The notes below the pieces were generated by a model that was not told the DNA's origin, searched no databases, and worked only from the letters and a program-made list of their open reading frames with translations. Position numbers and translations under genes: made by a program. DNA of 32,000 bases from Candidatus Saccharimonadota bacterium (GTDB taxonomy: Bacteria; Bacteroidota; Bacteroidia; Cytophagales; Amoebophilaceae), in NCBI RefSeq assembly GCF_003351905.1, contig NZ_CP022339.1, positions 1,020,001-1,052,000 on the forward strand. Direction: 5' to 3'. Position 1 is the first letter of the stretch. Each line of letters opens with the position of its first letter. Of the stretch, positions 1 through 8,131 are shown piece by piece.

Positions 1-391
1 GTTTACCAATAGTAGTGGTTTTGCCTACACCATTTACACCTACTACCAGTATGACATGCGGATAGACGGGTGGTGTAGCTACCTGTGATGGGGAGGAAAT
101 ATGTAAAAGTTGCTCCGTTTCAGACTGTAAAATTTGGTCTAACTCAGCCGTGGTCAGGTATTTATCCCGTGCAACCCGTTGCTCTATGGCGCCTATAATC
201 TTAAGCGTTGTAGCTACACCCACATCTGCACCAATCAACAACTCCTCTAACCGATCCAGTACTTCACCATCAACCGTAGACTTGCCAGCAATCACTTTAG
301 ATAGCTTCCCCCAAAAAGATTGACGCGTCTTAGACAATGCTTCTACTAAATGCGGCTTGGTTGACTTAGCAAAAAAATCAAAAATACCCAT
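1..391 (-). CDS. ftsY: Signal recognition particle receptor FtsY, N-terminal part (gene runs off the left edge)
   Basis: Absent from the ORF track because it has no stop in the window. Reverse-strand translation from ATG 391-389 reads MGIFDFFAKSTKPHLVEALSKTRQSFWGKLSK...PHVILVVGVNGVGKTTTIGK. GVNGVGKTTTIGK is the SRP-GTPase P-loop of FtsY. It lies downstream of rpmB-rpmG-DUF4295, as in other Bacteroidota. Confidence 0.85.
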   Translation of the reverse strand, partial: MGIFDFFAKSTKPHLVEALSKTRQSFWGKLSKVIAGKSTVDGEVLDRLEELLIGADVGVATTLKIIGAIEQRVARDKYLTTAELDQILQSETEQLLHISSPSQVATPPVYPHVILVVGVNGVGKTTTIGK

Positions 392-430
392 AGTAAGTAA
401 CCTGCTTAATACTAAGATTATAAAACCCTA

Positions 431-448
431 TCCTGCCCCCAGGCAGGA
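431..448 (-). terminator. 7-bp GC-rich hairpin between the DUF4295 gene and ftsY (possible attenuator or terminator)
   Basis: tcctgcc-ccca-ggcagga is a perfect 7-bp stem. On the minus strand it is followed by tagggtttta. It sits 14 nt after the DUF4295 stop. Confidence 0.3.
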
Positions 449-461
449 TGGTAGCAGAGCA

Positions 462-620
462 CTATGCCTTGCTAGCTACAATCTCTTTGATTACCTCAGA
501 GGGTACAATTCTGCTACGAAAGGTATAAGCACCTGTTTTTGCTGATTTTTTTACTTGAATCAACTTAGTTAACTTAACCGTATCTCCTTTAGAAAGGGTG
601 GCTACTACTTTCTTTGCCAT
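462..620 (-). CDS. Small lysine-rich DUF4295-family protein (52 aa)
   Basis: Below the size cutoff of the ORF track. Reverse-strand ATG 620-618 to TAG 464-462 reads MAKKVVATLSKGDTVKLTKLIQVKKSAKTGAYTFRSRIVPSEVIKEIVASKA. Composition, the KTGAYTF core and the position directly after rpmG match the DUF4295 family as I recall it. Confidence 0.7.
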   Translation of the reverse strand: MAKKVVATLSKGDTVKLTKLIQVKKSAKTGAYTFRSRIVPSEVIKEIVASKA

Positions 621-632
621 GCTATTTAATAA

Positions 633-818
633 TTATTTAATTTCCTTATGAAGGGTATGTCGCTTGAGTATAGGATTATACTTTTTTAATTCCATGCGTG
701 CAGTAGTAGTGGTTCTATTTTTTTCTGTACAATACCTGGACATACCTGCTACGCCACTATTTTTGTGTTCTGTACACTCTAAGATTACCTGTACCCTACC
801 GCCTTTTTTCTTTGCCAT
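633..818 (-). CDS. rpmG: 50S ribosomal protein L33
   Basis: The 61-aa [64 protein letters not shown] shows the typical L33 pattern and follows rpmB. Confidence 0.95.
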   Translation of the reverse strand: MAKKKGGRVQVILECTEHKNSGVAGMSRYCTEKNRTTTTARMELKKYNPILKRHTLHKEIK

Positions 819-852
819 TTTGCTTTATTACTTTTTACGAGGTTTCACACAT

Positions 853-1110
853 TTAAACCAACCAGTGGTATTGCTTGGACAGCGTTCCCTTCTGTTTGGC
901 CTCTTTTAACACCGCATGAATCCCCTTCTTATTGATGGTACGGATCACAGAAGTACAAACCTTCAATGGAATCCAAATACCCTCTTCCGGAATGTAAAAA
1001 CGCTTTTTTTGCAAATTTGGGTAAAACCATCTTTTGGTTTTGTTGTTTGCATGGGATACGTTATTCCCTACAATGGGCTTTTTTCCCGTTATATCACAAA
1101 TTCTTGCCAT
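853..1110 (-). CDS. rpmB: 50S ribosomal protein L28
   Basis: The 85-aa ORF starts [43 protein letters not shown], the canonical L28 N-terminus. Confidence 0.95.
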   Translation of the reverse strand: MARICDITGKKPIVGNNVSHANNKTKRWFYPNLQKKRFYIPEEGIWIPLKVCTSVIRTINKKGIHAVLKEAKQKGTLSKQYHWLV

Positions 1111-1151
1111 GCTTCTCTATGCTTTAAAATACTTACAAATATAGGGTAACG

Positions 1152-1183
1152 AAAGGATTATTCAAATTATTGAATAATCCTTT
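1152..1183 (-). terminator. Perfect 13-bp hairpin overlapping the stop codon of the ankyrin gene
   Basis: aaaggattattca-aattat-tgaataatccttt. The right arm encodes the last codons (KKRIIQ*) of the 1167-2693 ORF. It separates that gene from rpmB downstream. There is no clear U-tract. Confidence 0.4.
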
Positions 1184-2651
1184 TCTTAAAGGGTATCATG
1201 TTGGTGTTGCTTTGCCTATCATCATAGGGTCTTTTTTTTGTTTTTACTCTTGACGTTTTCTGGTTGGCAGCTGCAATAGGTTCCTGGAAAAGTTTGTATT
1301 TTCGCTCTAGATTGGGGGGCGTAAGGCCCTTTATATCTGATTTATATAAACCCGCTCTAGCGTGTGGTAAACTTAGTAATTGAGTAAGTATACTATCATC
1401 CTCGCCTGTATGGTATTGTACGATCACCAATGTTTTGGGATTAGAAGGGGAAACTATGGATTGATGCGTAAGGGATTTAATGAGCGTACAGATTTTTTGC
1501 ATCTCCTTAAAATCTTGCGTTTTAATGGCTTGCTCTTGTTTGGCACGCGCATTATCTATGGCTTCAAGGGTAGCATGCAAAACCGTTCGACCTCTTTTAT
1601 CCTGTATGGTGAGATCAGCATCTTGGGCAATCAGTACCTTAAGGATATCCTTACGACCTAGCACAGCTGCCCATTGTGCTAGAGTATTCCCCTGGTTATC
1701 TTGATCATTAATATTGTATTCAGGTAATAAAAATTGGAAGATTTGTAAACTTGTTTCACGAGTAGACTCCTCATTTTCTTCTGAATGTTCTGGATTTACG
1801 GTCCAATATATAGCCGTGCAAGCGCCTATACCTGTTTTTGGATTGATAGCTGTTTTGCGTTGTATAAATGTTTTGGCTGCTGCTTGCGGCAGTATTCGTT
1901 TTGCATAATTTACAACTGCTTCTACTGCATTTTGATTATTATTGGCTACTGCCCAGTGCAGGACAGTCATGCCATTGCGGTCTGTTGTGTTGATATGCCT
2001 ACCACTATACTGCAATATTTCTTGTAAAATTTCAAGTTGTTTTGCGCTATATTTCCCTTGTTCATTAAAATCCACGGCATAATGTAATGCGGTCAATCCA
2101 TTGTTATCATGTTGATGGATAACATTTGAAAATTTTTTGCTCAAAAATTCTAATATTACTTTTACACCATTGAGGTGCTCATTATATACCGCCCAGTGTA
2201 GGATCGTTTTGTTGTCTTTATCTACTTGGTTGCTCTGGTAATGATGCAACAATAGTTTTAATATGGCTATGTTATTCTTAGCCTCATTGCCACTTTTGTA
2301 TGAGAATTTTTTACTTACTGCCCAGTGGATAGGAAAATACTGTTGTATATCTTGCTGGTTAACCCGTCTATCAGATGCACGGCTATATTGCTGTTTATCT
2401 GCTTTTAATATAGCGGCAACCGCTTTGTAGTCATTTTCACACACTACTTTATGTAACGGATATGGATATGGCGCCTCTGCTCTGGTTGTTTTACCTTTTT
2501 TTGCGTTGGGTTTTTTTAAATTGCCTGATAATGTATGGTCATTTTTTTTGAACAGTTGAACCATTCCTTTTATCCTAGGACTAAATTGGTATACAATAAA
2601 ATCTGACTGACTACAGGAAAAGATAAAAATGAGTATGATGCTGCATAGCAT
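1167..2651 (-). CDS. Ankyrin-repeat protein with N-terminal lipoprotein-type signal peptide
   Basis: The ORF spans 1167-2693. The preferred start is Met15 at 2651, giving MLCSIILIFIFSCSQ (hydrophobic core plus Cys lipobox). There are multiple ANK repeats: TILHWAVYNEHLNGVKVILEFL, LTALHYAV, MTVLHWAVANNNQNAVEAVV, NTLAQWAAVLGRKDILKVLIAQDADLTIQDKRGRTVLHATL. The C-terminal tail is basic. Confidence 0.8.
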   Translation of the reverse strand: MLCSIILIFIFSCSQSDFIVYQFSPRIKGMVQLFKKNDHTLSGNLKKPNAKKGKTTRAEAPYPYPLHKVVCENDYKAVAAILKADKQQYSRASDRRVNQQDIQQYFPIHWAVSKKFSYKSGNEAKNNIAILKLLLHHYQSNQVDKDNKTILHWAVYNEHLNGVKVILEFLSKKFSNVIHQHDNNGLTALHYAVDFNEQGKYSAKQLEILQEILQYSGRHINTTDRNGMTVLHWAVANNNQNAVEAVVNYAKRILPQAAAKTFIQRKTAINPKTGIGACTAIYWTVNPEHSEENEESTRETSLQIFQFLLPEYNINDQDNQGNTLAQWAAVLGRKDILKVLIAQDADLTIQDKRGRTVLHATLEAIDNARAKQEQAIKTQDFKEMQKICTLIKSLTHQSIVSPSNPKTLVIVQYHTGEDDSILTQLLSLPHARAGLYKSDIKGLTPPNLERKYKLFQEPIAAANQKTSRVKTKKRPYDDRQSNTNMIPFKKRIIQ

Positions 2652-2819
2652 ATAGCAACATTTGTGGTGCGTTGTATAGGGGGCAGTATGCATGAATGGC
2701 GCAAGTTATATGGTGTGCATGGTTTTAGTAAAAACTTTTCAAAATTTAGCATAGTATTGGCTAATAAGCAAGTAGCTTGGATTGTTTATGATCAAAGTTT
2801 TTTATATACACAAATCTTC

Positions 2820-4532
2820 ATGCATATGATTCAAAAATATATTCGTACTTTTTTGCCAGTAGATTACGTCTTAACAGATTGGCCTTCCATTCAACCTTTT
2901 TATACTAATCTGCTTGACAGAGACCTTGCTTCATTGGATGGGCTCACAGAGTTTTTAGCCGATTGGAGTGAGCTAGAGGGGGTGCTAGAAGAAGATGCTG
3001 GCTGGCGTTACATTCGTACTTCTTGCGATACGACCGATGCAGTAGCTAAAGAGCGTTATGAATACTATATTACTGCCATAGCCCCGCATGTAGCAGCAGT
3101 TACAGATCAGTTGCATCAAAAAGTTTTAGGTGCAAGCCAGATCCATATCCTGCGTCAGGAAACACAATATGCTATCTTTTTTCAAAAAATTGAAAATCAA
3201 CTGCGTTGTTATAGCAAAGAAAATATACCTATTCAAACTGAAATTCAGTTAAATGCAAGTCAATTTGGTGTTATTTCAGCTGCGATGATGGTAGAGATAG
3301 CTGGCAAAGCGTGCACGTTGCAGCAAGCAGCTGCCCATTTAGACGCTACCGATAGGGTCTTTCGCAAAGCGGTATATGACCAGATACAGCAGCGCCGGTT
3401 GGTGGATAAAGAGGTATTGGATGCACTCTATTCAAAGCTGATTCAGCAGCGTCATCAATTGGCTTTGAATGCTGGGTTTAAAAATTTTAGAGATTATGCT
3501 TTTGTATCCATGAACCGGTTTGATTACACGCCAGAGGATTGCTTTACCTTTCATAGCGCCATCAAAGAAGAAATTGTTCCGCTACTCAATGAGCTGGCAG
3601 CAGATCGCAAAGCAAAGCTGGGCCTAGAGCAGTTGCAGCCATTTGACCATGCAGTAGACGTAGCGGGTAGGCAACCATTGCGCCCTTTTAGGGATCCGGA
3701 AGAGCTGGTTGCTAAAACGATTACCATATTTGAACGGTTGGATCCTTTTTTAGCAGATTGTTTGCGCACCATGCAGCGGATGGGCCATCTCGACTTAGCC
3801 TCTCGTAAGGGCAAAGCGCCTGGTGGGTATAACTATCCTTTGGATGAAACAGGGGTGCCTTTTATTTTTATGAATGCAGCTTCTACGTTAGGTGATCTAG
3901 TAACGATGTTTCATGAAGGCGGCCATGCGGTGCATGCTTTTTTAGTACATGGTTTGCGTTTGAATGCTTTTAAACATTGTCCATCAGAGCTGGCAGAACT
4001 GGCTTCTATGTCTATGGAGCTACTTACTATGCTGCATTGGGATGTTTTCTTTGCCGATCCAGAGGAACTCCATCGTGCCAAAAAAGACCATTTGATACGT
4101 GTGATCAGCTGTCTGCCCTGGATGGCTACCATTGATGCCTTTCAACATTGGGCTTATACACATCCGGAACACACCTTAGCAGAAAGAGCAGCAAACTGGA
4201 ACCGTATCTTTAGTGATTTTTCAGATAATATAACATATTGGTCTGGTTATGAGGTTGTTAAAAGCAATCTATGGCAAAAACAGCTCCATCTTTTTGAAGT
4301 ACCTTTTTATTACATTGAATACGCTATTGCGCAGCTTGGTGCAATAGGCGTATGGCAGCAGGCGCAAGCAAACCCTTCACAAGCCTTGTCTAATTACCTA
4401 AATGCATTAAAGTTGGGCTATACTGCTTCCATCCGTACGGTCTACCAAACGGCTGGTGTCTCTTTTGATTTTAGTAGGGAACACATTCGTTCTCTCGCAC
4501 AATCTGTGCGTAAAGCTTGGAGGGAGTGGTGA
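2820..4532 (+). CDS. pepF: M3-family oligoendopeptidase (PepF-like zinc metallopeptidase)
   Basis: The ORF spans 2664-4532. It has an HEGGHAVH zinc motif (HExxH) and overall PepF/M3B-like sequence. I prefer the ATG at 2820 (MHMIQKYIRTF...), because the upstream extension overlaps the divergent ankyrin gene and gives an atypical N-terminus. The resulting length of about 570 aa fits the family. Confidence 0.8.
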   Translation: MHMIQKYIRTFLPVDYVLTDWPSIQPFYTNLLDRDLASLDGLTEFLADWSELEGVLEEDAGWRYIRTSCDTTDAVAKERYEYYITAIAPHVAAVTDQLHQKVLGASQIHILRQETQYAIFFQKIENQLRCYSKENIPIQTEIQLNASQFGVISAAMMVEIAGKACTLQQAAAHLDATDRVFRKAVYDQIQQRRLVDKEVLDALYSKLIQQRHQLALNAGFKNFRDYAFVSMNRFDYTPEDCFTFHSAIKEEIVPLLNELAADRKAKLGLEQLQPFDHAVDVAGRQPLRPFRDPEELVAKTITIFERLDPFLADCLRTMQRMGHLDLASRKGKAPGGYNYPLDETGVPFIFMNAASTLGDLVTMFHEGGHAVHAFLVHGLRLNAFKHCPSELAELASMSMELLTMLHWDVFFADPEELHRAKKDHLIRVISCLPWMATIDAFQHWAYTHPEHTLAERAANWNRIFSDFSDNITYWSGYEVVKSNLWQKQLHLFEVPFYYIEYAIAQLGAIGVWQQAQANPSQALSNYLNALKLGYTASIRTVYQTAGVSFDFSREHIRSLAQSVRKAWREW

Positions 4533-4561
4533 GGAATGTTGGGTCTTATCTTTTCTTATCA

Positions 4562-4780
4562 CTGGTTTTTTGCGTTAAAAGCAAACCGCTCCTGTAAAAA
4601 GTCGTGGTGTAGAAAGTGGCATTTTACAGATGATTTGGAAAAACAGTTTCCTTTGAAGCCCCCAAAGGGGGCGCTTTCTGTTTTTCCATCTGTAAGATGA
4701 CACTTTCAGCGACTTTTTGCCGAGGGCTTGATTTTTTTGCCCACTTTTTTATCAAGAAAAAAGTGGAATAAAATTCATTT
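4562..4780 (+). repeat. Palindromic intergenic element, family 1, copy A (about 219 bp)
   Basis: More than 90 percent identical by eye to 8821-9035. It forms one long bulged hairpin centred on gccccc-aaa-gggggc (4666-4680), plus a terminal 10-bp hairpin ccactttttt-atcaag-aaaaaagtgg (4741-4766). T/A tracts flank it. It lies between the convergent genes pepF and the lipase gene. Confidence 0.85.
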
Positions 4781-4814
4781 ATCATCAAGTGGGCGCTATT
4801 GGTTGTATAAATCT

Positions 4815-5957
4815 CTATCTTTTGTTATCTACGTGTTTTTGGGTGGCTTCTGGTAATACTTCGTTAATAAATTTTGTAACCGCTTCGAATGTCTGAGGAT
4901 GCTCAAGTATAACTTGAGTTTCTGGTGGGCAGAGTCGTAGTAAAAAAGCATTATGAGCCGCATTTTGTATGATCACCCTTTCGAAGTTTTGAATACCTTT
5001 TGAGATATTCGATGCAAGCTGACTGGCAAGAGAAACAAGCGTATCGTGTCTTTTATCAGGAGCGTTTCTGCCAGATATAAGATCACCTAATAGTTGATCT
5101 GGATCTATACCTAGATCTAGTATTTTTATATTAGTGGAACTTGTTCCTCCTATAGCTCGTATAGGGACATTTAGCGTATTGAGGTTTTGGGATATTTCAG
5201 TTAAAAATTGACTGCCTGGTATTAAATCCTTACTTCCAGGCTGATTCTTTAAGTCTGTTAAAATCTTGAACAAGTTTGTATTATCATCGGGGCTAAAAAA
5301 AGAAAAGATCTGACTCAAATTCTCGAGCATAGACTTTGATTCTGGATCTCTCATAGCGTTAGGCCCCCCTTCCCATGGCGTAGCGAGTGTAACAATCCCT
5401 TTTATATTTAAACCTTTGTTCTTGGCAGCTATAGCACAAGCACGATTGCCTCCTTGGCTATGGCCTATTAGTAGAATAGGGCTGTTAACTCCGTGTTCTG
5501 GACACGTTAAAAGTGTTTTAAGTTCTTCGAAGCTTAAGTCAGCTTGCTCTTTTATGGAATGTAAGAAGGTCTTGTCTCCTTCTACACTTTTCAGAGCAAT
5601 TATCTTGGCAGTAGGATACGCTTTTTCTAGGTTACCTTTCAGTATATCAAAACAAGAAGCATCTGAACCCAATCCATGCAACAGGACAATTAATGGTTGC
5701 CCAGCACCTTGAGGGATATCCGGTGTAGCCGTTGTGTTATTCGGTGAGGAGTTGGTGTTGCACAGTGACTCATAGCTACTTTTACAATCAACAGTTAATG
5801 GCTTCCCATCACCTTGAGGCGCATCCGGTGAAACCGTTGTGCCACTCGGTGAGAGGCTAGTGTTGCGCAGTGAATCACAACTACCACCTTCACAACCAAT
5901 AATAGAAAGAAAAAAAATAGTTAGGTAAATAGAAATATTAAATTTAAACTTAAACAT
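4815..5957 (-). CDS. Secreted alpha/beta-hydrolase lipoprotein (lipase/esterase-like)
   Basis: 380 aa. Signal peptide plus lipobox MFKFKFNISIYLTIFFLSIIGCEG. Motifs: oxyanion-region LLHGLGSD, nucleophile elbow LIGHSQGG (GxSxG), later RHDTLVS and NAAHNAF as candidate Asp and His. This resembles the family I lipase / PGAP1-like fold. Confidence 0.7.
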   Translation of the reverse strand: MFKFKFNISIYLTIFFLSIIGCEGGSCDSLRNTSLSPSGTTVSPDAPQGDGKPLTVDCKSSYESLCNTNSSPNNTTATPDIPQGAGQPLIVLLHGLGSDASCFDILKGNLEKAYPTAKIIALKSVEGDKTFLHSIKEQADLSFEELKTLLTCPEHGVNSPILLIGHSQGGNRACAIAAKNKGLNIKGIVTLATPWEGGPNAMRDPESKSMLENLSQIFSFFSPDDNTNLFKILTDLKNQPGSKDLIPGSQFLTEISQNLNTLNVPIRAIGGTSSTNIKILDLGIDPDQLLGDLISGRNAPDKRHDTLVSLASQLASNISKGIQNFERVIIQNAAHNAFLLRLCPPETQVILEHPQTFEAVTKFINEVLPEATQKHVDNKR

Positions 5958-6099
5958 TTGATTATCAGATTTTTATATTATATTAATTTTATTGTTAGCA
6001 TGGAATGGTTATGGCCTCAATCAACAGAACAGATGTTAAGATATTTTTAAAATATAAGTAAATTAAATCAAATACAGCGTTATGGTATGATGCCTAGCA

Positions 6100-6936
6100 T
6101 TAGCCTGCTGATTCCGTATCATCCGTTAGGTTAATGGCTATAGGGGTTTGGCCAAATAGTTGTTCCGTGGCATTTTGAAAGGATGGGGTTAATGCGGTGG
6201 CCATAAAACAATCCGGTAGCTTTTTTGCTGTGTGGCTTAAGAGATTCTGTTTGGTGAGCAATTGCTTGGCCGCTAATGCGGTAAGCCCTGCTGCGTCTAT
6301 TACCTCAACTGCTTTTTGATCTTGTGCCCTTAAAATGCTTTTTAATGTTTTGCTTAAAAATAGATAATGGGTACAAGCTGGGATGAGGGCATCTAAATGT
6401 TTAAGTTGACTTAAATAATAATGTACCAAACGGTAATCTACCTTTTTTCCATTAAAACAAGCGTTTACCATCGGAACCAATAGGGGCGTGGCCAGCGCTG
6501 TAAGTCTGATCCCAGTGGGGCGCAATCGTTCTGTGTAGATGCCAGATGCCACGGTATACTTGGTGCCTATAAGGCCTATCTGTTTATAACGGTTGGTTCT
6601 ATAAAGGTAGCTGATAATTGGATCAATTACATTGATCACAGCCATTTCTTTCGTTTTCAGATAAGTAGGTAAGTAGTGCACTGCAGCAGCCGTAGCGGTG
6701 TTGCAAGCCATTACCAGCAGTTTATAGCCTTTACGTAAGCAAAAATTGACTACTTGCTCTACATAACCACATAACGCCATAGACCCCTTCTCGCCATAAG
6801 GTAAGTTTTTCGTATCTCCGATATAATGGATTGATTCTTGTGGCAAAAGTGCTTGAATGGCGCTAGCAATGGTCAAACCACCTATACCACTGTCATAAAT
6901 AGCAATAGGCGCATGCTTATTGGGATGGGAATACAC
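6100..6936 (-). CDS. murI: Glutamate racemase
   Basis: 278 aa with IAIYDSGIGGLT, MACNTATA and IPACTHY, the two catalytic-Cys motifs of MurI. Confidence 0.9.
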   Translation of the reverse strand: MYSHPNKHAPIAIYDSGIGGLTIASAIQALLPQESIHYIGDTKNLPYGEKGSMALCGYVEQVVNFCLRKGYKLLVMACNTATAAAVHYLPTYLKTKEMAVINVIDPIISYLYRTNRYKQIGLIGTKYTVASGIYTERLRPTGIRLTALATPLLVPMVNACFNGKKVDYRLVHYYLSQLKHLDALIPACTHYLFLSKTLKSILRAQDQKAVEVIDAAGLTALAAKQLLTKQNLLSHTAKKLPDCFMATALTPSFQNATEQLFGQTPIAINLTDDTESAG

Positions 6937-6959
6937 AATAGGGCAATAAGTAAATGAGG

Positions 6960-7033
6960 TGGGCCCACCAGGACTTGAACCTGGGACCTGCTGATTATGA
7001 GTCAGATGCTCTAACCGACTGAGCTATGGGCCC
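6960..7033 (-). tRNA. tRNA with CAU anticodon (elongator tRNA-Met, or lysidine-modified tRNA-Ile2)
   Basis: The reverse complement gggcccatagctcagtcggttagagcatctgactcataatcagcaggtcccaggttcaagtcctggtgggccca folds as a cloverleaf. Anticodon loop is cuCAUaa. It lacks the three consecutive G-C pairs of an initiator anticodon stem. CCA is not encoded. Confidence 0.85.
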
Positions 7034-7047
7034 TTGTAGGAAACCTA

Positions 7048-7071
7048 TCGTACCAGGGCATTCCCTGGTAC
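7048..7071. promoter_or_regulatory. Perfect 10-bp inverted repeat (cgtaccaggg-catt-ccctggtacg) in the divergent region between the tRNA and the 7298 gene
   Basis: Read directly from the sequence. It is 15 nt upstream of the tRNA 5' end on the minus strand. It could be an operator-like palindrome or an RNA hairpin. Confidence 0.3.
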
Positions 7072-7297
7072 GAAATGAATAATACCCCACAATACTACGT
7101 CTTTTTTTCTAAAAAACCAGGGGTTTTGTTTTAATTATAGCGCTATTTTGATTTTCAGTATTTGTAAGGGTACTATTTCGCCGTCTATCCGTTTGCTGCA
7201 TCTATTCGGCCAATGGTCTATTTTTCTATTCGACTTATTTTTTTTAGCTTTGAAAAAGCCATTCGCTTAGGCTTCTATTTTTTTACTTTTCTCTATT

Positions 7298-7981
7298 TTG
7301 ATTTTGTCTATGCGTTATTGTTTATGCTTGTTAGCCCTTTTGCGGAGGCCTTTTATAGCTCTGGTTCCATTGTGTTTGTTGTGGGCTGGCGCTTGCCCTT
7401 CGGAAAAACAAAAAAAGGATGAAATGTTGCATCCAGACTGGGAGTATCTGAATGAATTAGAAAGTAATTTGCCTAAAAATAAGTGTATCTTTACCAAATT
7501 TGGTACGGGGGGCTTGCGTTTGCAGGTTACGCATCAGCAACAGCCATTTAATGCCCGTGATTGTTTTAAACAATGTGAGAAAAATATTATACATACGGAT
7601 CAAAATGTAAATAGCTGGGTGGTAACGCCCAATTTTTATGGTAGTGTAACGGAGGAAAAGTTCCCGAAAACCATGCAAACGGGCATGCGGTATAGGTTTC
7701 ATAAGGATGATAAAGCGGATGGTATACCCCTATCATTTTTAGAAGAGTGGTTGGCCATAGACCCTGCTATCGATCCTAAAGAAGCCATTTTGATTATTGC
7801 TACAGGCATAGAAGGTAAATTAGGGGTAAGTGACGCCCTCAAAAAGGCCCTAAAGGATAAACAAGATCAAGGCGCCATTAAAGCCTATTACATCGCAAGG
7901 TCTAAGGAGGCGGTAAGGCTACATAACAGGTGTATTAAAGAGGGGAAAACGGTCTTTACCTTTATCCATATGGCTGGCTAG
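7298..7981 (+). CDS. Hypothetical protein with a possible C-terminal Mth938/DUF498-like domain
   Basis: 227-aa ORF. The C-terminus EAILIIATGIEGKLGVSDALKKALKDKQDQGAIKAYYIARSKEAVRLHNRCIKEGKTVFTFIHMAG fits the Mth938-like pattern (hhhhGTG ... T..A...hN.h..eG+.V) as I recall it. The start is uncertain: 7298 gives a signal/lipobox-like MILSMRYCLCLLALL...LWAGAC, while an alternative ATG at 7424 (MLHPDWEY) gives 185 aa. Confidence 0.5.
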   Translation: MILSMRYCLCLLALLRRPFIALVPLCLLWAGACPSEKQKKDEMLHPDWEYLNELESNLPKNKCIFTKFGTGGLRLQVTHQQQPFNARDCFKQCEKNIIHTDQNVNSWVVTPNFYGSVTEEKFPKTMQTGMRYRFHKDDKADGIPLSFLEEWLAIDPAIDPKEAILIIATGIEGKLGVSDALKKALKDKQDQGAIKAYYIARSKEAVRLHNRCIKEGKTVFTFIHMAG

Positions 7982-8086
7982 TGGTTTTTTTGAGATCATC
8001 TGTAATGAAGTAGCTGGGCAGCTAAAGAAGTTGAGTCTATAAAGCACTTTTTGTACGCTTGCGCTTACGAAAAAATGCCCCTTGGT

Positions 8087-8131
8087 GCAAGTTGTGTTTA
8101 CAGAAGCTTTTACCAAGGGGCTTGATGTTTA
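8087..8131. terminator. 10-bp stem hairpin flanked by an A-tract and a T-rich tract (simple relative of the family 1 elements)
   Basis: aaaaat-gccccttggt-(25 nt)-accaaggggc-ttgatgtttatc, downstream of the 7298-7981 gene. The flanks resemble the family 1 ends (aaaaaccgcccctg ... gagggcttgatttttt). Confidence 0.45.

Noticed and set aside
357-545. A 62-aa plus-strand ORF between ftsY and rpmG.
   Set aside because: It is antisense to the better-supported DUF4295 gene (462-620, -) and to the ftsY start.
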